In this document: one piece after another, positions 17,310 through 28,546 of the stretch
Layout of the letters: each line of letters starts with the position of its first letter
How positions within the stretch are numbered: the stretch's first letter is position 1
Source: Hormiphora californensis
Taxonomy: Eukaryota > Animalia > Ctenophora
Direction: 5' to 3'
Assembly (NCBI GenBank): GCA_020137815.1
Contig: CM035351.1
Coordinates: 8,804,001-8,868,000 of the forward strand
DNA: 64,000 nt
Program-made: the position numbers and the translations under genes
The notes under the pieces: model-generated
The model's database searches: none
The model's input: only the letters and a program-made list of their open reading frames with translations
Told to the model about the DNA's origin: nothing

Positions 17310-18375
17310 TTATAATTCGCCCTCTTCAGCTTCCCCAGATTTATCATTGTCCGTATGGGTCTCTTCTTTTAGTCTCAAAACAACTTTTCTGGCACTCTCC
17401 ATTTTATCAGTGAACTCCCTACTCCACTTGAATCGACCCCGGTCAACGCCACGGCCGAAACTGGGCCGTTGGAAGTGGACTTCGGGTCTCCGTGGCCGCC
17501 TTTTCCTGCTGGGACGAGTGGATATTGGTAGCGGTCGGGGACCTGGAGGAGATGGTATTCTCTTGCGTTTGTAGAAGGATGTGATAGCATTATCGAATAT
17601 AGACTCCTCGTTGCCCCGACTAGAGCTCCGTGCCATGTCTTCTAATAACTGCACAGCTGGCTCGTCGTCTGGGTGGTAGAAGTGTGCTTTCTGTCGCAGT
17701 TTCTGCATCACTTTCTGTGTCCTCTGAGGTAAGATGGGTCTGTTCAACAAAATAGGCCGTTCAGGTGCTGATAAGAGAGCACGCCGGGACATAGGAAGGG
17801 GAAGGTCTTCGAATGATTCATCAACGGGACTACCACTACTGATATCTGATGGCTGTCTCTGTCGGGATGTGTGAGCCTGCTGGGGAGGCTTGGGAAGGAG
17901 CCGAGGAAGAAGTAGGCTGAGGTTCAACTTTTTGAGGTTTTGATGGCTGGGGTTGAGGTTTTGTTGCTTCTTCTGGTGCTGTGGAGGGTTGAGGGGCACT
18001 TTGTCCACCACCTGTCATAATACCATGTTGAACCACCGTACTTAGCAGCTGCCTCTCTAACTTTGTGAACTTTCTCTTCTCACTCGTGCGCACGTGAGCT
18101 GAGAGGGTTTTTAGAGTGTTGATCGTGTCTTCTGGAGCGTTGTCAGGGATTATGTCAGAGAAATCTTCCGCTTCTTCGTCTGTATCATCATCAGAGTAGT
18201 CAAAGCCGTCATCAATAAATTGTGGTTTCTCATCCTTGGCTTCCTCGTCAGATGTTTTTCGGCGTTTTCTGGTTTGAGTAGGTTCCTGTTCAGGTTTAAC
18301 TTCGTACAACGGCTCTCCGAAAACTTTGGTGAATGGCTGAAGGCCTTGCTTGGGATACGACAATGCCACCGCCAT
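17310..18375 (-). CDS. Orphan intronless low-complexity protein (~350 aa) split by a +1 frameshift
   Basis: ORFs 17836-18375 and 17310-18011 overlap in adjacent frames; acidic tract, basic NLS-like RKRRK/RKRRPRR, C-terminal EEGEL; no domain recognised. Confidence 0.5.
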
Positions 18376-19260
18376 TAACCAGAGCCTACATAAAAATCAA
18401 AATGGTTAAGGGCTGGGGTGGCCCGTGGCCTCATGGAATTAAAATCAGAAAATTGACCCACTTCAGTCCACGAAGCACGTTGCAGGTTGCCATACGGCAT
18501 ACACTGCAACGCGTACTGTGTCGGGAGTACTCCGGGAGGGCGGAGACCTTGGCCTATGCTACAGGCCCTCGAAGCCGTGGAAAACGCGCGCACTTGGGGT
18601 CTGCAGCGCATGCCAAGCGGAGACCGGAGTAAAAAAAATCAAAAATCAAAAAATTGGCTGGGGTTGATTTTTTGAAAACTCGAACTTCGCTTCTGGTATG
18701 GTCGCGCGGCCCTCACTAACGCGCACCGAGGCTTGCAGCGCATAAATAAAAAGTTTTGAAATAGTAAAATCTTATCTGGGGCCCAAAAAAGTGCAAGTGT
18801 CCTTTTTAAAAAAGTACGATTCTCGCTTTTGGAGTTTTCTGTTCGCTCTTTGCCCCCTCAATCCCCATAGGGGCTTGCAGCCCCTGGGCTCTGCTCGCGG
18901 GGGCTCTGCCCCTACATCCCCACACACCCCCTGACCGTGAGGCGGCTGCTCCAGGCCCGGAAGCGAATTCAGGCCCCGGGTAACAAGCTCAATTCATTCC
19001 GCTTGCGTTAAAAAGATCTTAAGAAGATACTTCCATTGGAAGTCTTCCAACGCAGCCGCGATGAAGTTTCAATCTTACCAGGAATCGCAGATATGACATA
19101 TTAAAAAACGACACTCGTTTCAAATCTGACTTAAAAGTTAACGCCACTCGCGAATTTTGTTTGTGGTGTATCTGTCCTTCAGGCTTCAAGTTCTTGAATT
19201 AAATAATAATATTATGATATTGTAATCTTAAAGTCACCTCTTTACCAGGTAGCCGACAAT

Positions 19261-19980
19261 ATGCCAGACGTGATCGTTACACACCCCGACTTTGTGGCAA
19301 TCTCTATAACAAGTACTGTCTCCAGTGTCGCCTCAGAGAAGCGGTTCCAGTCTCATTTGACCGTTAGGGAACTGAAGGGTAAACTGGAAATGATAACGGG
19401 CGCCTCCATGGATTCCATGAAGATTGAAGTGTTCAATTCCAATAACAAGTCCATCGGGAAGCTGACAAATGATGAGGCTGTGTTAAAGGATGTTCTTGAG
19501 AATGGGCTGCGTCTCCATGTGACAGATCCCAACGCGGTGAGTTTCAATGAGGGTGATGTTGAGAAGTACGAGATGACTAAAGAGGATTACGACTCCAGGG
19601 AGGATACGGTACAAGCTTTCAAAAGGAAGAACAAGCTGGGGAGGTTCAACCCGGAAGTCCAGGCCAAACTGGCTGCTCAAGAAGAGGAGAACAAGGAGAA
19701 GGCTTTGAAAATGAATGTAGGTGATAGATGTGAAACGAAAACCCCAAACCAACCGATACGACGTGGCGAGATCATGTTTGTAGGGGAAACCAACTTCAAA
19801 GCAGGCTACTGGGTTGGTGTGAAGTTCGATGAACCGGTAGGTAAACACGATGGTCTTGTTGAGGGTAAACGGTATTTCACTTGCCAGAACAAGTATGGTG
19901 CGATGGTGCAGCCCCGATATGTTGAGGTGGGTGACTTCCCCCCGGAAGATGACGACCTCTTTTCGGACGATGAGATCTAA
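19261..19980 (+). CDS. TBCB: Tubulin-folding cofactor B (Ubl + CAP-Gly)
   Basis: N-terminal ubiquitin-like domain (ELKGKLEMITG), FKRKNKLGRFN, CAP-Gly WVGVKFDEPVGKHDG...RYFTC, acidic DEI end; intronless CDS. Confidence 0.95.
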   Translation: MPDVIVTHPDFVAISITSTVSSVASEKRFQSHLTVRELKGKLEMITGASMDSMKIEVFNSNNKSIGKLTNDEAVLKDVLENGLRLHVTDPNAVSFNEGDVEKYEMTKEDYDSREDTVQAFKRKNKLGRFNPEVQAKLAAQEEENKEKALKMNVGDRCETKTPNQPIRRGEIMFVGETNFKAGYWVGVKFDEPVGKHDGLVEGKRYFTCQNKYGAMVQPRYVEVGDFPPEDDDLFSDDEI

Positions 19981-20606
19981 TTGTTTTGTGTGTTTGCTGG
20001 TGTATGTACGTTTGTATTTAAATTTATGTATTCATAGATCTGTGTCATCATTACATAATATCCTCCACACACACAGTGGGAACTGAGGTGGACAAATTTT
20101 TTGACAAAAGTTTTTCTGTTTTTGGTTGTTTCTGATCACAAATTGTCTGGTCCGTTCAGAGCAAAAAACCGTATCGAAAAATTCCAACTTTTGTAGAAAT
20201 GGTGGCATATTTTTGACGGGCATTTTAAAATCTTACATTTTGTTGGTTAAATTTGATCGTAATCATATCTTTTCTGCATAATCATCTGATTCACTACTTA
20301 GTATGGATTAAGTTCCACCTGGTTCTTTGTTTAACACCCCGTTCCATGGAAAAAACCGCAAGAAGATCCAAAATTTGAGAAAAATTCTGTCGCGCATGCA
20401 AATTTGATGCTATTTTTAGCTTATAAAAAGGCTCAATTATTTTTTTGCCGCATTATGCCGCATATGAGTATGGTTCTATGTGATAGAGCATCTTAATACG
20501 GACATTTTGGCATAAAAATATAGTACGGCTCGTTACGGCTAAAATTTTTATGGGTGTTTTAATAAACAAGGTAAACACGAGGTATTTTGGTACTTTGGAA
20601 AACAAA

Positions 20607-20653
20607 TTTACCGTAGCTTTCAATTACACTGGGGTAATCTTCATCAGCGGAAA
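20607..20653 (-). ncRNA. Minimal type I hammerhead ribozyme in the 3' pLTR
   Basis: Minus strand: TTTCCG CTGATGA AGATTAC cccagt GTAATT GAAA GC TA CGGTAAA; core boxes, stems I and II, palindromic AGCT in place of stem III. Confidence 0.8.
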
Positions 20654-20792
20654 GGGTGAATGGGTTGAGTGGTGGGTATAAATACCCAGGGTGTGATTGG
20701 ATTGGGTGACAGGGTGGAGACGAGATAGGGTGGTGAGCTGGGTTGTTGTGGTATGATGAGAGGGGGGATGAGAGCAGGGAGGGAGAGGGGGG

Positions 20793-23517
20793 CTACAGCT
20801 GTGATACGTGAGACGGGTTAGTGGCAGGGGGAGTGGGGACGGAGGGAGACTGGAAGGCGGGGATATTGGCACTACGGGGGTTGAAGGAGGATGCAACAAT
20901 GGGGAGGATGGGGTCCCATTGCTGGCTGACGGAAGGAGCTTTGGAAGTCCGGTTGAGCGAGGGCTGGAGGGTCTGGATGGCCGCCTGTTCTAACATGTCT
21001 AGATGGGCCGATGATGCCGCAGTAGACAGGATCTCCGTAGCACTCCAGTTGATCTCGTGATCGGTGTGGAGAGCGTGGAGAGCTGCTCCTGATTTAATAT
21101 TCCCAGTGATGAGGTCGACGGGGTTTTTGAGTCTGTATGAGGCCTCGTGTTCTTTAATGCGGACTTGTACTGGCCTTTTAGTCTGTCCGATGTAGCTGGC
21201 TGGACAGTCCTGACATGGGATCCTGTATATGACGTTCTGCGTGAGTTGAGGCGGGAGCGGGGATTTGGTCTTGGAGAGGAGAGAGCGGAGGTTCGGAGAG
21301 GAGGTGTAGGTGACGTCGATGGAGTATTTCCGTAAAGTCTGTTTGATCTGGGGCGCCAGGGAGGGATGGTACGGAATGAAGACTCTTTCGTTAGAGGTAG
21401 CTGATGATGAACGAGGAGCTGATGATGAACGAGGAGGACGGGGTCGGTTGAGCCTGTGTTTGACGTCATCCATTACTGATCTGACGATGTGGCTAGGGAA
21501 TCCATTGGCCAGGCAGATGGAGTATACCGTGTAGAGTTCCTCTTGGAGATGCTGACTGGAACAGAGGTTGTATGCTCTGCGGGTGAGTGACCGGATAACT
21601 GCGTTCTTGGTGGCCGGAGAGGACGAGGAGGAGTGTTTGACATACAGGTTTGTGTGGGTCGGCTTCCTGTAGATCGAGGTGGAGAGGTCGGCGTGGATCA
21701 GGACATCAAGGAACGGAAGGGAGCCATCTGGCTTGGGGTGTTCGATGGTGTACTGAAGGTCCTTACTGAGAGAGTTGATGTGACGCTGGAAGGATTCTGC
21801 ATGTTGGGCGTCTCTGGCTGCTCCAATACCATCATCCACAAAATGGCGGTATGAATGGATCGGATCTGGTGCGGTGGTGAGTGCCAGGTTCTCAATGTCT
21901 GCAGTTCGAATCTCGGCCAGGGCTACGGTGAGAGGAGATCCCATAGCTCCACCAGAGGTTTGGGAGTAGAACTTACCACCAAACTCAAAGTAGGCATTGT
22001 CCAGACACAGGTTTAGGAGTGACTGGAGGTTGTACGATGGAGATCTCGGAGGAGAGGAGTGAAGGATCGGATCGAAAGGAAGCAATGGCGGCAGCGGCAG
22101 CAGCTCGCATGTCGGCGTTGGTATAGAGGGATACGACGTCCAGGGAGAAGTAGTAGGGAAAGGCCGGATCATGGGACGATTGAAGGTGGGAGACGAGGGC
22201 TTCTGAGTCCTTGAGTCTGATGGAGTTCCTGGTGAGGGGCGACAAGAGGACGGAGAGCTGCTTGTGGAGGGCGGAGAGCGGGGAGTTGTAGAAGGCCACA
22301 ATGGGACGGATAGGAGCTCCGGCCTTGTGGATCTTCGGAGTGCCGTACAACTGAGGATACCTGGGGTTGATCACTCGCATCTGGTTTTGGAGGGAGGTGG
22401 AAAGGGTGCGCTCCTTGACAAAGCGTTTGAGCACAGAGTCGAGCTTCCTCTTGACAGAGTCCGTAGGGTTGTGCTTCAAGAGGGAGTACGCTCCTGCATC
22501 TCGGATGTGGTCTAACATCTTGCCCATGTACTGGTCCTCTGTTAGTACGACGGTGGCATTTCCTTTGTCTGCAGGGAGGATGCGAAGAGTGCCACGTTTC
22601 TGTTTGAGGGTACGAATAGCCTCTTGCTGGCTATTGGTGAGGTTCGAAGATTTAGAGGGAGGAGTGTAGGAGGATAGGATGTGGGAGATCTCCCATGATG
22701 CAGCGGCTTCCATGCCGGGAGGGAGGCGTTTGGTGGTGGGTTGGATGCGGGGAGCGATGTCGATCGCAGGATGGGAGGTAGGAGAAGGTGTGAACTTGAG
22801 TCCTTGAGAGAGGAGTTCAGTTTCACCTGGGTTAAGGGGGGTACCTGAGAGATTGATAACGAGTTTGGAGGGGTCAAGGGAGGGACAGATGGGTTGGGTT
22901 TTGGGAAGGGGTCCAGAGATGGTAGGGTGGGTAAAGTGAAAGTCTACAAGAACATCGTAAGGGTTGAGAAAAGGAGCATGATAGTGTTGAATGAGCAATG
23001 CGAACTTCTTCTGGTGAGTTGTCGTGTGGCGTTTGTGAAGAAACACACTTCTCTCCCTTATAAATACATTCAGTCTCTCTCTAAAGTGTCCAGTTAATAG
23101 AAAATCAAGATTTCCGTTGGTAGTGCTAAACTCCTTGTGGTGTTTGGCGAACTTGGATCGGAGATGAGAGAGTCGCTCTGTTAAGAGGAGGGAGGAGGCC
23201 TTGAACATGATGGCTGTCGAACGTGGAGTGCCAACTGGGTCCTGTAGGCGCAAACCTTTGGGTATGAACCCATGGTCTCTGCAAGATTTGAGGAAGGCGA
23301 TGTGGCACGAGGTGACCGCTAGGGTCGTCAGGAGTTTGAGAAGAAGTTTGGTGGAGGTAGCAGCTTGGACACCACATGTCTCCCGAAGGGATTGAGAGAA
23401 GGAGAGGCGTTTCACACTGGGGATGGAGGAAGGAAGATGGTGTGGAGAGCAGGATGGGGAAGAAGAAATGGAGGGTGGGCTGTTGGATGCTGAGTCTCGT
23501 GGAGGCTGTAGATCCAT
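20793..23517 (-). CDS. Penelope RT + GIY-YIG endonuclease polyprotein (one +1 frameshift near 22034)
   Basis: ILPADKGNATV, LYGTPKIHK..PIRPIV, SLDVVSLYT, GAMGSPL, HFVDD, LPFLDV, YRKPTHT, VIYRIPCQDCPASYIGQT; deleting one base at ~22034 joins SSEISI-DNLQSLL. Confidence 0.92.
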
Positions 23518-23587
23518 AGAGGGCTGGTAGTACCAGGAAACAATAAACAAGGTAAACACGAGGTATTTTGGTACTTTGGAAAACAAA

Positions 23588-23634
23588 TTTACCGTAGCTT
23601 TCAATTACACTGGGGTAATCTTCATCAGCGGAAA
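23588..23634 (-). ncRNA. Minimal type I hammerhead ribozyme in the 5' pLTR
   Basis: Identical to the copy at 20607-20653. Confidence 0.8.
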
Positions 23635-25046
23635 GGGTGAATGGGTTGAGTGGTGGGTATAAATACCCAGGGTGTGATTGGATTGGGTGACAGGGTGGAG
23701 ACGAGATAGGGTGGTGAGCTGGGTTGTTGTGGTATGATGAGAGGGGGGATGAGAGCAGGGAGGGAGAGGGGGGCTACAGCTGTGATACGTGAGACGGGTT
23801 AGTGGCAGGGGGAGTGGGGACGGAGGGAGACTGGAAGGCGGGGATATTGGCACTACGGGGGTTGAAGGAGGATGCAACAATGGGGAGGATGGGGTCCCAT
23901 TGCTGGCTGACGGAAGGAGCTTTGGAAGTCCGGTTGAGCGAGGGCTGGAGGGTCTGGATGGCCGCCTGTTCTAACATGTCTAGATGGGCCGATGATGCCG
24001 CAGTAGACAGGATCTCCGTAGCACTCCAGTTGATCTCGTGATCGGTGTGGAGAGCGTGGAGAGCTGCTCCTGATTTAATATTCCCAGTGATGAGGTCGAC
24101 GGGTGTTTTAAGACCAAAAATTTGCCAAAAATCGGCAATTTTTCACTTTTATGTGTATTTTCCCATATACCGAATATGCATGTTTTATTCGTTATTCGTG
24201 TTTATTTTAACTTATACATTGTTATCAAGTGCTGTTAGAGCTAAATAAAGAATATAAAATCAATAAAATTGAAAAATGTAAAATTTTACTTATAAAATTT
24301 AATTTTTTCAAAATGCCTCTCGCGGGCCAAAATTTTCGACATAAAAGGACTCATAAGTCGAAAACGGTTGGATTTAGGGCATATGTTGCTTCATGACGCC
24401 TATATAAACATGCACATTCCGGTCATTTTGCACCCAACGTTGGGCTCTCTAGGACCTTCCTGGAAAAAGTTAGTTTTTTTAATTAATTAACTAATTAATT
24501 AGCTAATTAAGACGAAAATTGAGGTCCCCGAACTTCAAAAGTGGTAAATTTGTTTATAAATCGACCCTTGCCTCTCTTTTTAGCTTCAAGAAAACTCATT
24601 AACTCTTGCCAGTTAAAAGTTAATAAAATTAATTAATTAATTAATTACAATTTATTGGCGATTTTTCGAAAAATTTGTATAAATTTGCTTTTTATAAGGT
24701 ATGAGATCATTTAGATCCAAAAAAGTTGTTGTAAAGTCAGATAAAAAATTTGTCCACCTCGTGCAATAGAAATTCCCACTGTGACACAGCTTGTGCTAAT
24801 GAATAATATATTATCTAGCTGGGTATAATGGGAGAGGTAGCACAGCGACCTGACCAAATGATGTGCATGGGTATTGCTCATATTCAGATGAATAAAACAC
24901 CACAACCCCAGGTACAACTCGTCCCCCGCGCTCATAATTTATGGGCCGTATTATATGATCAATCCTCCTTTCTAACATCACTTTAAAATGATCTCAAATG
25001 AGCGAGGAAGTTTAATTTTCTCCTTCCGACTGTACAGAATGAGTAG

Positions 25047-26851
25047 ATGGGTTTTATTGTAGAAGAACGCTTAAACCCTAAATTCCCTCTCCATCAGGTA
25101 TGGAAGAGTTTGTTTTACTGGTGGTCTAAGTGGGTCTCAGAATGTAAGGACAATGAACAGATGAGTGCGTGTTTTGAAACAATTTCAACCCTACCAGGAT
25201 TTGCTCAACACAGTCGCTTATTTTGCGACTTCATGGCCTGTAATCTACCACTTTTTGAGCGTGAAAAGTGCTTATCTAAAGGTAATATATTCATTTCTAT
25301 GTCCCCTGATGTTGACAATTCCTCACTTCTGCCAATCTAACACATGATTCCCAAGTCTCACAGTGTCACGTGACCCAATCTAACACATGATTCCCAGGTC
25401 TCACAGTGTCACGTGACCCTGTAGTGGCTGCCCAACTGCAGGATACCCGGAGTGAGGCCATGGAACGATGGACATTCCGCATGCTAAACGACAGGACACG
25501 GAACTCCGCATACCGTTCTGCGCTTCATGAGATAATTCAGGAGTTGGGAGGAGACAAGTTGAGGGTATTGGATGCGGGGGCTGGGACTGGGTTACTCAGT
25601 CTCTACGCAGTTGAAGCGGGTGCTGGAAGTGTGATGGCAGTCGAGCAAGATGGACTAATGCATGAGATATGCAGGAGGGTGACACGTGATCACAATGAGA
25701 TAGAGTGTTACCATGGTAACACACGAGAGTTACCTGGGGATATTCAGGTGGATATCGTTGTCACGGAGACACTCGACTGCATTGGTATTGGGGAGGGTAT
25801 AGTGGATACGTGCCGAGATATTGCAATAAAGTCGCGTCACAGACCTGTCACTTTCGTCCCGTCTAGAATCGCTGTCAGTGCGTTCCCCATCCAATCACAT
25901 CTCCTGCACTTGTCTCATTTCAAAGGTTCTGAATACAGGAGTACCATTGGAACTCAAGCTACCCCTTATTGTTGTGAGTTTGTGAGCGAGTTCCTAGACA
26001 TTGTCAATATTAGCGATCCTCTCCAGATATTATCACATCGCCTGGGTGATGAATTACCACCATCCACCACCACTCTTACCTTCAAGTCTAAGACTCGGTG
26101 CAGTGTCGATGGGATAGTCACCTACTTCACTGCCCAACTCTCCCCCGAGGTATCACTCACTAATGCCCCGGGGAATGTGGCATCTGCGGAGTGCTGGGAG
26201 CAAGGATACCACCCCCTACCAAGGAGAGACTTCCAGTGCGGAGAGAAGTTCACGGTTTCTGTGGAAATCACTGCATCATCAATTCGGATGTGCTGGCCGG
26301 GAGAGGCGATCATTCAATCCGTGGAGGGACTGGATATGAGGATGTTAAATGCCCGGTTAGCTAGTAACCCCTGCCTAGCTAACACAATCCCGAGAATGGT
26401 GACACCAGATGGTATGGTGGTATGTGATGACCAGGATAATATCAGTTTTAAAGGCGTTGTTATTCACTGTGAATCTTTGGAACGGTGGACTAGAGTTGAC
26501 AAGGGCGTGGTGGAGAGTAAGATTATTGCAGAGGAGGTTAATCGGTTTCAGACTATAGTTCATCAGGGTGTCCCATGGAAAACCATGCAACACAAAGCCC
26601 TATCTGACACAATGAAACTAAAAAATGGACAAGTAAAAAGATTTTCCTCAAAATATCCCTCCCTTGTGCCTACTGCGTTAGTGTTTTGGTGTACGATAAC
26701 TCTCCAAAATGGTAAAATATTCGACCAATCAACAGAATGGCCCTTGTGGCGACCAGCTGCGGTTCTATTTGAACCAATTGTGCCATCAAACGAATACACT
26801 GTTGAGTTTAGGGCTCAAGGTGGCAATGTTTTCGCATCAATTACTAATTGA
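25047..26851 (+). CDS. PRMT9: Protein arginine methyltransferase, PRMT9-like
   Basis: ERWTFRMLNDRTRNSAY, VLDAGAGTGLLS, VVTETLD..IGEG and CWEQ motifs; the exon ending AAAG|GT at 25281 splices in phase to the acceptor at 25397; start uncertain. Confidence 0.75.
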
Positions 26852-27075
26852 TTTATTATTATTTCAAAACATATTTAATGATTTATACAGAAATTTAAAA
26901 ACACATTAAAAACACATTCAGCAAAACAGCGAATTATATCTAATACAGATAAGCCGACTTTATGGGCCCAATGCAACTTCCAATACCATCGTCACTAATG
27001 AGATTTCTCGACCTTGTCTCTCTCTCTCTCTTTCACCAAGTAACGACCATAGCAACAGAATATTGCGGTTGCGTT

Positions 27076-28101
27076 TCACAAGGCTGTCATACACACATGT
27101 TGTGGTGAAGAACTGTGCGTTGATGAAAATATCGACATTTTAGGAGTCTGAAGGGCATTGGGTCTATTAGGAGCTATCCCAACTTCGTTAGCTTTATGAG
27201 ACTGCTTGCGAAGATAGTATATTGTGTACCGGCGGAAGCTGCGCAGTGTCAGGAAGTAAATGAGGGGGTTACTACTGAAGTTCACATATATCAGCATAGT
27301 GGCGAACCTCTGGAAATACAATCCCATCCCCCTAATCTCACTAAATCTCTTTCTGTTTATCTGATAGACAGCAAAGGGGAAGAAAGTTATAAAGTAGGTA
27401 AGGGACACTGCCAGTAGGACGGCCACACCATGTTGCCGCATCGCCATCTTCCGCTTGAAAATCAGATAACAGAGCAAAAACACGACAACACAAATGACAA
27501 AGAAGAATGGGATAAAAATGAAGACTATTGAGTTAATCCTTGGAATTATAGCGTTCACCATATCGTTTTTAAAGTATCCAACACACCGATACAGACCGTG
27601 CTTGAAGACCTGTACTCGTCCTCCTAACACATTCGCTGACAGCTGGAGAAGGGGGAACACCCAAGTCAGGATGCACACAAACATCCCCGACCTGGTAGTC
27701 CGGGCCCGAGCACGCAGGGGCGACATGAGGAGGGTCATCTTGGAGAAGTTGAGGGCACACACTGATATGATCTCACAGGACCCAAAGTAGATGCTCAGGT
27801 AGGAGGAGATATCACACATCACCCTCCCAAGTACCCACCCATTGTATAGTATGGAGGTGAGGTTAGTTAGGAGGATGCAGCAGAAGGCGAGGTCTATGAT
27901 GGCTATGTTTCGGATCAGAGCCAGTGAAACACAGTCTAATACGATAGAGTTATCTCTGAAGGATGATATCAAGACGAATGTGTTTCCAAATACCGAGAAC
28001 CCTACTAGAGTGGTTATCCACAAACCCATGGCTGACCGCTCAAGTAGTGTCGCTGGCATATCCGAGTAAAACAATGAGTCATTCAGTGTTGTTCCGTTCA
28101 T
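27076..28101 (-). CDS. Rhodopsin-like (class A) GPCR, intronless
   Basis: Seven hydrophobic segments, GN in TM1, NIAIIDL in TM2, WVLGRVMC, NPLIY in TM7, N-terminal N-glycosylation sites; DRY replaced by SKM. Confidence 0.9.
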   Translation of the reverse strand: MNGTTLNDSLFYSDMPATLLERSAMGLWITTLVGFSVFGNTFVLISSFRDNSIVLDCVSLALIRNIAIIDLAFCCILLTNLTSILYNGWVLGRVMCDISSYLSIYFGSCEIISVCALNFSKMTLLMSPLRARARTTRSGMFVCILTWVFPLLQLSANVLGGRVQVFKHGLYRCVGYFKNDMVNAIIPRINSIVFIFIPFFFVICVVVFLLCYLIFKRKMAMRQHGVAVLLAVSLTYFITFFPFAVYQINRKRFSEIRGMGLYFQRFATMLIYVNFSSNPLIYFLTLRSFRRYTIYYLRKQSHKANEVGIAPNRPNALQTPKMSIFSSTHSSSPQHVCMTAL

Positions 28102-28546
28102 GTTCTAGAATGGAGGGGGGGGGGGTTGAACAAAATGGAAAGAGCAAAAAGGAGCACAAGTATAATTTATACTTTGTCTAGGTAAGGCGTACCCGCTAAA
28201 CTGCAGCAGACTAGATCCGAGCTTGCCCCACCTATTAGAAGAAGCTGCATGACGTTATATCGGACAGAAAACGATCATTTTCGATCGAATATTTAGACGT
28301 CTATGAGCACAGAGTAATGTGGGACAAACCCATATAACGAGTAGAGCAACGCAGTAACGACTAGTTGAAGCGAGATAGCAAAGACATGGGTAAAGAATGT
28401 CATCAAAATGTGAACTGTGAACCTATTACAATTTCATTACTCAGTGACTGCCCTAGTATAGGGAGCAGCTTTTGTCTTTTGAAGTAAATTAACCAGCACA
28501 ATTTGTGGATTAAAAAGGACCCCTTTTATCACACGCTCTCTATGAT

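Larger units (their letters stand above)
20563..24100 (-). mobile_element. Penelope-like retroelement (EN+), with direct pseudo-LTRs and an 11-bp TSD
   Basis: ~560-bp direct repeats 20561-21122 and 23542-24103; TSD GGGTGTTTTAA at 20552-20562 and 24101-24111; RT+GIY-YIG ORF. Confidence 0.93.
20072..24783. mobile_element. Non-autonomous Transib/RAG-type DNA transposon (~1.16 kb without the nested PLE) with RSS-like asymmetric TIRs
   Basis: CACAGTG at 20072-20078 and CACTGTG at 24777-24783; 5-bp TSD ACACA (20067-20071, 24784-24788); second conserved TIR block GAGGTGGACAAATTTTTT at both ends. Confidence 0.8.

Noticed and set aside
15406-18375. Endogenous parvovirus/CRESS virus (Y-shaped hairpin plus ORFs)
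   Set aside because: No HUH, SF3 helicase or capsid motifs; the hairpins fit a small non-autonomous repeat.
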